From: a virus | Reading direction: 5' to 3' (one strand) | IMG/VR virus record: IMGVR_UViG_3300043409_001275 | Coordinates: 6,129 to 70,128 of that record | Length of the DNA stretch: 64,000 nucleotides | Shown: positions 40,351 to 48,910 of the stretch, in pieces | How positions within the stretch are numbered: the stretch's first letter is position 1 | Layout: every line of letters begins with the position of its first letter | Made by a program: the position numbers and the translations under genes | Notes under the pieces: model-generated | What the model was told of the DNA's origin: nothing | Database searches by the model: none | Seen by the model: only the letters and a program-made list of their open reading frames with translations

Positions 40351-40361
40351 AATTTAGCTTA

Positions 40362-43300
40362 ATGGCAATACAATCAATAATAACAGGTGATTTACAAATA
40401 AGGGACTTAAACGGAGTTCTTATTGCCAATAATGGTATAGTAACTTCTGTTGGAAATATAACTTCAGGAACAGCGGGAACTAGCGGTACTTCAGGTTCGG
40501 CAGGGACTTCGGGTACGGCAGGAACTAGTGGATTCGCAGGAACAAGCGCAAGAATTGTTTTTAATTATGTGGCGACAGCGGGGCAAACTACTTTTAATGT
40601 GCCTAGTGGTTATGAAAATGGGATGATTGATGTTTTTGTGAATGGGGTAAAATTATTTCCAAGCGATTATACAGCGACAGATGGTTTCAATGTAATACTT
40701 AATAATCCTCTTCAAGCAGGTGATAATGTAGAGATTGATAATTTTGTATCTAGCTATGTGGCATCTTCAGGTACTTCGGGTACAAGTGGAACAGCTGGTA
40801 CTTCGGGTACAACAGGTACTTCTGGTATTGGTGGTGATAAATATTACACCATATCAGTTTCAATATTTACTTTAGGAACGGGTGGTTACTTAATGGTTTC
40901 ACCCGGTTTATCATACTCTCCTGCACAATCAATTATAGTAGTACATGATAATACTCACTTTCAAGAATGTGAGGTTGTTTCTTATAATGTGGTTACAGGA
41001 GAAATAGTTTTTGGCGACCCTAGTAGGGTTGTCGGTGGTGGAACTTTTTCTAGTTGGGTAGTAAACCTAGATGGTGCTTCAGGTGGTGATGGTACTTCAG
41101 GTACTTCAGGTTCAAGTGGTTCATCTGCTACTTCAGGTTCATCAGGAACTTCGGCTACTTCAGGAACTTCTGCTACTTCAGGAACTTCAGGTTCAAGTGG
41201 TAGTAGTGGCTCAAGTGGAAGCAGTGGCACTTCTGGTTCATCAGGAACGAGTGCAACTAGTGGTAGTTCAGGAACATCAGCAACTAGTGGGTCATCAGGC
41301 ACATCAGGTGTTGATGGTACTTCTGGTATTAATGGTACTAGCGGTTCTTCAGCAACTAGTGGTAGTAGTGGTACTAGCGGAACAACAGGAACTTCAGGTA
41401 CGACAGGTACTAGTGGAACAGCAGGTACGACAGGTACTTCAGGTCTTTCAGGAGATAGATATAGAACAACATCTACTACAACTTTTACTTTAGGTAATGC
41501 AGGAACTTTAACAGTAGGAACACTATTGGGATATAGCCCTGCTCAATCAATTATAGTGGTTTATGACCCTTCAAACTTCCAAGAGTGTGAGGTAGTGTCT
41601 TATGATGCAAATACAGGCGTTTTAATATTCCTTGCTCCTACTAGAACAGTGGGTAGTGGAACTTATAGCTTATGGACAGTGAACTTGGATGGCGCGAGTG
41701 GTGGTGATGGTTCAAGTGGTACTTCAGGCACTTCTGCAACAGCAGGAACGAGCGGTACAACAGGCACTAGTGGTACGACAGGCACAAGCGGTACAACAGG
41801 AACGAGTGGTACAACGGGTACTTCAGGAACGACAGGAACGAGTGGTACAACGGGTACAAGCGGTATCAATGGTGTATCAACTAATTTATTCTTATACGAA
41901 GCTGACGCAAATACTTTTACGGGTGCGCCTTCAAGTGGGCATATTCTTTGGAATAATGCAACACAGATAAGTGCTACCCAAATAAACATAAATCACTTAA
42001 CAGATACCCCGATAACAGATATTGATATATTTATAGCTTTATGGCAAACAGGGCAAAAATTAACAATACAAGACAGAAGCAATTCAGCTAACTATCAAGT
42101 ATGGACAATTAGCGCTACCCCTATTTATGTTTCTCCAACTTATTGGACAATACCTGTTACATTGGTATCATCAGCAGGAACGGGAACAACAGGGTTTGCT
42201 AATAACCATCCAATATTTGTAGCTACATCCGCCTTTAGCGGAACTTCAGGAACTACAGGGACTAGTGGCACAACAGGGACTAGTGGCAGCAGTGGTTCAA
42301 GCGGAACTACGGGGACAAGCGGTACAACAGGTACTTCAGGTTCAAGTGGCTCTTCGGGTTCTAGTGGCTCTAGCGGTAGTAGTGGTTCAAGCGGTTCAAG
42401 TGGTACAAGTGGTCTTTCAGGTACTTCAGGTGCGCAAGGGACTAGTGGAACAACTCCCGTAGGTGTAATTACAGGTTCAGGAACAAGTGGCTACCTACCT
42501 AATTTTACAGGTGCAAGTACAATAGGTAATAGTTTAATCCAAGACAATGGAACAGGTGTTGGTATTAGTACATCGCCTACTGCTGGTTATCTTTTAGATG
42601 TATATGGTACTGCTACATTTGGTGCTAGTGCAACAGTTGGCAATAAAGTACATATTGGTAGCGGTGCAGTTCCTTCTGGTGCAGCTGGTATTGGTTTATG
42701 GGCTACAGGAAGTAATTTATTTAGTATTGTAGGTTTTGGAGATACAACATTAGATTCAAGAGGTTCATATTTATTAATAAATCCTAATGGTGGAAATGTA
42801 GGTATAAATAATTCATCCCCTAGTTATCAGCTAGATGTTAATGGTACAGGAAGGTTTAGTGGGCAATTGAGTTCTACTATGGGCAACAATACATTAATTT
42901 TTAAATCTCAAACTGCAACTACAGGGTATCAATATATAAATCTTTCTAATACTTCAGGTAGTTTATTATTAGGGATAGAAGGAACGGCAGCAGGTAGTTT
43001 ATTGACAGGAGGTTCTGCTTATGCAACAGTTTTAACATCAGGAACTGCAACAAATCTTGAATTTGGTACTAACCAAGTATTAAGATTAAAGTTAGATGGC
43101 TCTACAGGAGCAGCTACATTCTCTAGTAGTGTAACGGCATTAGGTGGAATAAATGGTTATTCAGGTTTAAACGGATATGCAGGCGTTACGCATAATTTTT
43201 TTGTAGATTGGTCTGCTGAATCACAAATAACAACTTTAACTGCAACAAATTTATTTTTTGGTACAAATGCTCAAAGGAGAATGACTATTACAAGTGGAGG

Positions 43301-44687
43301 CAATGTATTAATAGGAACTACTACTGATGCAGGCTACAAGCTAGATGTTAATGGTACAGGAAGATTTAGTGGTAATGTTGTTTTAAGTGGTAGTGATTCA
43401 AGGTTTAATGGTGGTGATTCAGTTGGTAGATTAATTATGTCAAATTCAAACACAACTACTTACATAGGATTGTATGGTGCAACTCATCCAACTTTACCTT
43501 ATGTAATGTCGTTTGTAGTAAATAGTGCATCTGCCTTGTCCATAGCATCCACAGGAGCAGCTACATTCTCAAGTAGTGTAACGGCAGATAGGGTTTTAAC
43601 TGCCAATAAAACAAATAATAGTACATTAGTTGCAGGTAGTATTGAAATACAATCTTACGCTTTAAATAATAGTTGGGTAGGTGATAATCTTTATTTTGAT
43701 GGGGCTGCATTTCTAGCTAGGAATACAGGATATACATCTCAAATATATTTTCAAACTGATGGAAGTATTCAGTTTAAAACAAGTCCTTCAACTGTTACTT
43801 CAGGTTCAGCATCAAATAGTACTCCAAGACTTACCATAGCATCCACAGGAGCAGCTACATTCTCTAGTAGTGTTCAAGGAACAATTTTAACTGCAACATC
43901 TTATTTTACATCAGATTATTATAGAGATAGTAGATTGGAAGCATTATTATTATACGCTGGTTCTAATCAAATTAGATTAGGTAGCGGTGTTGCTGCTGAC
44001 TTTTTAACATTTTATGGTGGGGGAAGCGAAAGAATGCGTATTACAAGTGCAGGTTTAGTTTCTATAAATGGTTTAGCAGCATCTACAAATTATAAATTAG
44101 GTGTAACAGGAGCAGCGTATATTGAAGGAACTAATAGCAAGGGTATATTTTTTACCGACCAAGCATCGCATTCTTCAATAGTAGGAATAAATAGTGGAAT
44201 ATCTTCTTATAATAGTATGGAATTAAGGGCTAGTGGAACTGATGGTCAATTATTTTTAATAACATCTGGTAATGTAAGTATAAAAACAAAAACTGATTTT
44301 GGGTATGCTTTAAACTTAAATGGTCAGCCTGGTGCAAATGGGTATACCGCTTGGACAAACTGGTCAGATTCAAGATTAAAAGAAAATGTAACTGACTTGG
44401 AAGTTACTAATGTATTAGATAAAATTAATAGAATAAGACCAGTAACATATAATTACAACGAACTATCAGGCTTTGATGAAACCACAAGAGCAAGAAGAAT
44501 ATCAGGATTTATAGCTCAAGAATTAATGGAGGTATTCCCTGATATGGTTGGTACAATTAAAAAAGAAGATGTTGAATATTATGATACTAATTTATCTAAT
44601 TTAACTTTGTACTTGGTAAAAGCCATCCAAGAGCAACAAAAACAAATTGAAGAACTTAAACAAATTGTAGCTACAATTAATAAATAA
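40362..44687 (+). CDS. Tail/capsid fibre with Gly-X-X (GTS/GSS/GTT) repeats and C-terminal intramolecular chaperone (peptidase S74-like)
   Basis: Long (G-T/S-S/T)n tracts; RMTITSGGNVLIGT fibre repeats; WSDSRLKENV...GFIAQEL...LVKAIQE chaperone domain. Confidence 0.85.
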   Translation: MAIQSIITGDLQIRDLNGVLIANNGIVTSVGNITSGTAGTSGTSGSAGTSGTAGTSGFAGTSARIVFNYVATAGQTTFNVPSGYENGMIDVFVNGVKLFPSDYTATDGFNVILNNPLQAGDNVEIDNFVSSYVASSGTSGTSGTAGTSGTTGTSGIGGDKYYTISVSIFTLGTGGYLMVSPGLSYSPAQSIIVVHDNTHFQECEVVSYNVVTGEIVFGDPSRVVGGGTFSSWVVNLDGASGGDGTSGTSGSSGSSATSGSSGTSATSGTSATSGTSGSSGSSGSSGSSGTSGSSGTSATSGSSGTSATSGSSGTSGVDGTSGINGTSGSSATSGSSGTSGTTGTSGTTGTSGTAGTTGTSGLSGDRYRTTSTTTFTLGNAGTLTVGTLLGYSPAQSIIVVYDPSNFQECEVVSYDANTGVLIFLAPTRTVGSGTYSLWTVNLDGASGGDGSSGTSGTSATAGTSGTTGTSGTTGTSGTTGTSGTTGTSGTTGTSGTTGTSGINGVSTNLFLYEADANTFTGAPSSGHILWNNATQISATQININHLTDTPITDIDIFIALWQTGQKLTIQDRSNSANYQVWTISATPIYVSPTYWTIPVTLVSSAGTGTTGFANNHPIFVATSAFSGTSGTTGTSGTTGTSGSSGSSGTTGTSGTTGTSGSSGSSGSSGSSGSSGSSGSSGTSGLSGTSGAQGTSGTTPVGVITGSGTSGYLPNFTGASTIGNSLIQDNGTGVGISTSPTAGYLLDVYGTATFGASATVGNKVHIGSGAVPSGAAGIGLWATGSNLFSIVGFGDTTLDSRGSYLLINPNGGNVGINNSSPSYQLDVNGTGRFSGQLSSTMGNNTLIFKSQTATTGYQYINLSNTSGSLLLGIEGTAAGSLLTGGSAYATVLTSGTATNLEFGTNQVLRLKLDGSTGAATFSSSVTALGGINGYSGLNGYAGVTHNFFVDWSAESQITTLTATNLFFGTNAQRRMTITSGGNVLIGTTTDAGYKLDVNGTGRFSGNVVLSGSDSRFNGGDSVGRLIMSNSNTTTYIGLYGATHPTLPYVMSFVVNSASALSIASTGAATFSSSVTADRVLTANKTNNSTLVAGSIEIQSYALNNSWVGDNLYFDGAAFLARNTGYTSQIYFQTDGSIQFKTSPSTVTSGSASNSTPRLTIASTGAATFSSSVQGTILTATSYFTSDYYRDSRLEALLLYAGSNQIRLGSGVAADFLTFYGGGSERMRITSAGLVSINGLAASTNYKLGVTGAAYIEGTNSKGIFFTDQASHSSIVGINSGISSYNSMELRASGTDGQLFLITSGNVSIKTKTDFGYALNLNGQPGANGYTAWTNWSDSRLKENVTDLEVTNVLDKINRIRPVTYNYNELSGFDETTRARRISGFIAQELMEVFPDMVGTIKKEDVEYYDTNLSNLTLYLVKAIQEQQKQIEELKQIVATINK

Positions 44688-44706
44688 ATAAAAAACAAAA
44701 TAAAAT

Positions 44707-45009
44707 ATGAAGACAATCTCTCCAGTGGTATTCCCACTAAATTTAGGAACTGCAACAGTGCTTAACGCTTATTGCATTAATGACAATTTAAGCACTTCAG
44801 CTACCTTTTATTATGCACTTTTAAGTGATACTATGGCACAGCTTTCTCAAGGCAACTTGAATATGACAGGTCAAGATTATGCTGATTGGCAAACCAACCA
44901 ATATGCCTATGACTGGATTGCAACTCAAATTGATGTAACCATCACAGGCGATTATGTACCTCCAGTACCTCCAGTAGTAGAAGAAGTTGCTCCAACAAAT
45001 AGTTTATAG
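44707..45009 (+). CDS. Fibre-associated small protein
   Basis: Follows the S74 fibre gene; SQGNL.MTGQDYADW motif. Confidence 0.55.
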   Translation: MKTISPVVFPLNLGTATVLNAYCINDNLSTSATFYYALLSDTMAQLSQGNLNMTGQDYADWQTNQYAYDWIATQIDVTITGDYVPPVPPVVEEVAPTNSL

Positions 45010-45037
45010 CCTTATTTGTTAATTGAATAAATTAACA

Positions 45038-45051
45038 TAATTTTGGTAAAA
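45038..45051 (+). promoter_or_regulatory. -7 promoter element
   Basis: TAATTTTG followed by GTAAAA, upstream of the ATG at 45062. Confidence 0.5.
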
Positions 45052-45061
45052 ATTTTAAATT

Positions 45062-45235
45062 ATGAACAACGAACCAAAACAATTACCGGTACCATCATTA
45101 ACAGCTGAACAAGTTCAACTATTGGTAAATCTTGCACTTGAAATGCCTACTAAATATGGTAGTGAAATTTTAAAAGTAATTGAAAAAGCAGCTTTTGATA
45201 TAGAAAAGGCTGCTCAAGCTCCTAAAGTAGAATAA
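45062..45235 (+). CDS. Small helical protein, 57 aa (MNNEPKQLPV...EMPTKYGSEILKVIE...); not in the ORF track
   Basis: Fills the gap in frame from ATG to TAA; possible fibre chaperone. Confidence 0.65.
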   Translation: MNNEPKQLPVPSLTAEQVQLLVNLALEMPTKYGSEILKVIEKAAFDIEKAAQAPKVE

Positions 45236-45245
45236 AAAGAATAAA

Positions 45246-47156
45246 ATGAGTAAAAATACAGTCATCAGTGAAATAGCTAATGTATCAGGATTAGTAAAAC
45301 AAGTCGGTACAAGTGGTTTTTCAACTGCAATCCCAAATGTAGATTATCAACTACCAATTAGTTTAACCACATTCGGGGTGACTGGACCCGCTACTTTTAG
45401 TAGCAATGTATTAAATATTCCTATTTATGGCTCTAGTGGAACTACGGGTACTTCAGGCACTAGTGGAATAGGTACTTCAGGCACTAGTGGTAATGGAACA
45501 TCAGGCTCATCTGGTTCTTCAGGCTCAAGTGGAAGCTCTGGCTCTTCGGGGTCAAGTGGTTCTTCAGGCTCATCAGGAACTAGCGGTATTAATGGTACAT
45601 CAGGAACTACGGGTACTTCAGGAACTACTGGCACATCGGGTTCTAGTGGGTCTAGCGGAAGCTCTGGTTCTTCAGGTTCTAGTGGTTCAAGTGGAAGCTC
45701 TGGCTCTTCTGGTTCTAGCGGTTCATCAGGAACAACGGGAACTAGCGGTTCATCAGGTACAACAGGAACATCAGGTACTACTGGTGTAAATGGCATTAAT
45801 GGAGATAAGTATTTAACCACTTCAGCTACATCTTTTACTCTAGGAAATTCAGGAACAGTAACTGTTGGAACAGGATTGGCTTATAGCTCCGCTCAAAGTA
45901 TATTGATTTCTTACGATGGCAGTAATTATCAAATATCAGCTGTAACATCTTACAATAGCATAACAGGTAGTTTATCTTTCGGTTCACCAAGTACAACAGT
46001 TGGTTCAGGTACATATAACTCTTGGACTGTAAACCTAGCAGGTGCAAGTGGTGGAGATGGTAGCTCTGGTAGTAGCGGTACTTCGGGAGTTGCAGGAACA
46101 AGTGGAGTCAATGGAACAAGTGGATTAAACGGAACAAGTGGGATAAATGGTACTAGCGGTACAAGAGGTACAAGTGGGGTAAGTGGTTCTTCAGGAACAT
46201 CAGGTGTAAATGGAGGCAATGGCTCATCAGGGACATCAGGAATTAATGGTATAAGCGGAACTAGTGGTATAAACGGAATTAATGGTACTTCAGGTATCAA
46301 TGGCGTAAACGGTACTTCAGGAAATAGCGGTTCAAGTGGTAGTAGCGGTTCAAGTGGCGTAAGTGGTTCATCAGGTTCATCAGGAATCAATGGTGCCAAT
46401 GGAACAAGCGGTATCAACGGAACAAGTGGAATAAACGGAACAGCAGGGATTAGCGGTACTTCTGGAGGTAATGGTACTTCTGGAATTAATGGTATTAATG
46501 GTACTTCAGGAATTAATGGCTTAAACGGAACATCAGGTATTAATGGCGGAAATGGTAGTTCTGGGACTTCGGGCGCACAAGGCGGAAATGGTAGTTCTGG
46601 GACTTCGGGCGCAAATGGTTTAAATGGCTCATCAGGAACAAGCGGAATAAATGGTATTAATGGTACAAGTGGTATCAACGGAATCAACGGCACATCGGGT
46701 ATAAATGGTGTCAATGGCACTTCGGGAAATAGTGGTAGTTCAGGAACTTCAGGAGCTAATGGAACAGGGTTTACTTCTATCTCACCAACCAATGTAGGAT
46801 ACGTCCTTTTAGCCAATGGAACATCTAATAGTGCAACAGGAAGCTCATCCGTTTATGTAACAAGTACTAGTCAGTTAAATGCTGGTTCTTTTTATGAAAC
46901 TTCTGATATAAGATTTAAAAACGTACTTGAAACAAACCCATCCATAGATTTACCATTAGATGTAATTAAATTCACTAGAACAGATGAAAATAGTGATGCA
47001 ATTAGATATGGCTATTCAGCTCAACAAGTACAATCATACCTTGCAGATGTAGTTTCAGGAAATGAAAAATTAGTCGTAAACTATTCAGATATACACACAT
47101 TAAAAATAGCAGCCCTAGAGAAAAGAATTGCAGAACTTGAAGCCAAATTGAAATAA
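45246..47156 (+). CDS. Second Gly-X-X repeat fibre (GSS, GTS, GIN) with S74-like C-terminus
   Basis: Repeat tracts; TSDIRFK...RYGYSAQQV...IAELEAKLK. Confidence 0.8.
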   Translation: MSKNTVISEIANVSGLVKQVGTSGFSTAIPNVDYQLPISLTTFGVTGPATFSSNVLNIPIYGSSGTTGTSGTSGIGTSGTSGNGTSGSSGSSGSSGSSGSSGSSGSSGSSGTSGINGTSGTTGTSGTTGTSGSSGSSGSSGSSGSSGSSGSSGSSGSSGSSGTTGTSGSSGTTGTSGTTGVNGINGDKYLTTSATSFTLGNSGTVTVGTGLAYSSAQSILISYDGSNYQISAVTSYNSITGSLSFGSPSTTVGSGTYNSWTVNLAGASGGDGSSGSSGTSGVAGTSGVNGTSGLNGTSGINGTSGTRGTSGVSGSSGTSGVNGGNGSSGTSGINGISGTSGINGINGTSGINGVNGTSGNSGSSGSSGSSGVSGSSGSSGINGANGTSGINGTSGINGTAGISGTSGGNGTSGINGINGTSGINGLNGTSGINGGNGSSGTSGAQGGNGSSGTSGANGLNGSSGTSGINGINGTSGINGINGTSGINGVNGTSGNSGSSGTSGANGTGFTSISPTNVGYVLLANGTSNSATGSSSVYVTSTSQLNAGSFYETSDIRFKNVLETNPSIDLPLDVIKFTRTDENSDAIRYGYSAQQVQSYLADVVSGNEKLVVNYSDIHTLKIAALEKRIAELEAKLK

Positions 47157-48910
47157 TGAAAGCTAATAACTACCTAGTAACTTGGACTGACTTAAGTACT
47201 ATGGGCTTAACCGCTAGAGGAACACCTCCTACCGGATTAGCTATTGCTAATAAAGCTGAATTGATTGCTGCTTATTATGTAGACCAATCGGCTTCCCCAT
47301 TTTCTACTTATGCATCAAACAGATGCCCTAGATATCAGGATATAGTTGCATTAGATATACCTTCGCTTTCCGTATGGGGTGCTAGGGATTCTTATAGTGG
47401 GTTTTCGATTAATGCAGGATTAGTATTTACTAACTATTCAGGATTAACTACTAATGATGTTTATAATGCAATAGGAGTAAGTAATGATGGAGTTTATGTA
47501 TGTATTTCAAAAGATTTTGGTTTTTCCGATAATGGGAGATTGATGATATCCAATAATAGCGGCTCAACATTTACAGCGATTAGTTTTTATTTTGGTTCGC
47601 CATCTAATACAGATATTGTGTTTGGAAAAGTGGGTGTGTCATTCACAGGTCAGTACATGATGGCAATTGTTTGTAGCACCCCTCCCGGTGGCGGAAGAAT
47701 TATTGGCTTTTACGGGTCAAGTAATTATGGAAGTAGTTGGACTCCAATAGATTCTAAAAATACTAGTTCGGTTGGCAATTGCGGTATGTCGCAAAATGGA
47801 AGATATCAAACATTTGTATGGTTTTTAAGCGGTGATTCATATAGATATTATTCAACAGATTTTGGTTCGAGTTGGACATTATCTAGCGCCTTTTCAACAA
47901 CTCTTTATACTGATATAAAAATGTCAAATACGGGATTATATCAGATAATTTCAGGATATAATGGAGGTACAGGAGGAGGAAGAATATACGCAAGCTCTAA
48001 TTCAGGGGGCAGTTTTACAGAGCGCATTTACGATGCAAGTTATTCTATGGATTTTGTGGCTATGACAGATGATGGAGTTTATCAAATAGGGATGGGCAAG
48101 AGTGGGAAATATTATATTTCAACAGATTCGGGTGCGACATTCCCAATAACAGGAATTATTTCTGGTGGTATTATAACATCAATAGCAATGACTGCTTATG
48201 ATTATGGTTCAACTCCATATATAATGGCTTACTCTTCTAATCAAGCGTATGTATATATTTCAAAATCTCCGTTTTCATCATGGAGTGCAGTGCCTATAGA
48301 TAATGTTATTTCTTGGAATAATATACAAAGTAGGGCAATAGTCTATCCATACACACCTGAATTAATTCCTTTAGAATATTCTTATACATTATACTACGAC
48401 TATAATGATACACTACCTGTTGTAATAGGATTTACAGTTGCAGATGATGCTTGTTCGGCAGTTAATTCATTTACCGTATATTCTAATTATAGCCCTATAA
48501 GTGTAGGCGCAACTCTTTATTATGATATTTATGGAACAACAGAAATAGAAGCTGTTCCAAGTAGCGCAGCATCTCAAAATTATTATGCAATAGGGAATAA
48601 CATAATACAATTTTCTGATAATTATACTATTGACTCAATAACATCATGTCCAGTATATGCAGGAGATGTTTGGTTTGGTACTTATTCAGGCGAAGCTTGT
48701 AGCGAAAGTAGTCCACAACAATATTTATATTGGGAAGGAAGCCAATTATTCTACAATGGATTAGTTTTATATACAGATATGGCATTATTATTCCCTTACA
48801 ATAATACAAGCGGATATACATATTGTAGAAGTGATGGTAGCGGTGGAGGGTTTGATGAATTTAATTTAAGCGGGGATACATTAGGTTCAGCTACAGGAGT
48901 TGCTTGTTAA
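47156..48910 (+). CDS. Putative receptor-binding protein with BNR/Asp-box beta-propeller repeats
   Basis: Repeated SxNxGxxF/W motifs (SNNSGSTF, SSNYGSSW, STDFGSSW, SSNSGGSF, STDSGATF). Confidence 0.7.
   Translation: MKANNYLVTWTDLSTMGLTARGTPPTGLAIANKAELIAAYYVDQSASPFSTYASNRCPRYQDIVALDIPSLSVWGARDSYSGFSINAGLVFTNYSGLTTNDVYNAIGVSNDGVYVCISKDFGFSDNGRLMISNNSGSTFTAISFYFGSPSNTDIVFGKVGVSFTGQYMMAIVCSTPPGGGRIIGFYGSSNYGSSWTPIDSKNTSSVGNCGMSQNGRYQTFVWFLSGDSYRYYSTDFGSSWTLSSAFSTTLYTDIKMSNTGLYQIISGYNGGTGGGRIYASSNSGGSFTERIYDASYSMDFVAMTDDGVYQIGMGKSGKYYISTDSGATFPITGIISGGIITSIAMTAYDYGSTPYIMAYSSNQAYVYISKSPFSSWSAVPIDNVISWNNIQSRAIVYPYTPELIPLEYSYTLYYDYNDTLPVVIGFTVADDACSAVNSFTVYSNYSPISVGATLYYDIYGTTEIEAVPSSAASQNYYAIGNNIIQFSDNYTIDSITSCPVYAGDVWFGTYSGEACSESSPQQYLYWEGSQLFYNGLVLYTDMALLFPYNNTSGYTYCRSDGSGGGFDEFNLSGDTLGSATGVAC

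Noticed and set aside
40982-46816. Long Pro/Val/Glu/Leu-rich - strand ORFs and V/Q/L-rich alternative-frame ORFs over the fibre genes
   Set aside because: Shadow frames produced by the Gly-Ser/Thr codon repeats; no independent start context
18871-48910. Diversity-generating retroelement targeting the LRRs or fibres
   Set aside because: No reverse transcriptase and no TR/VR pair differing only at adenines was seen in the window
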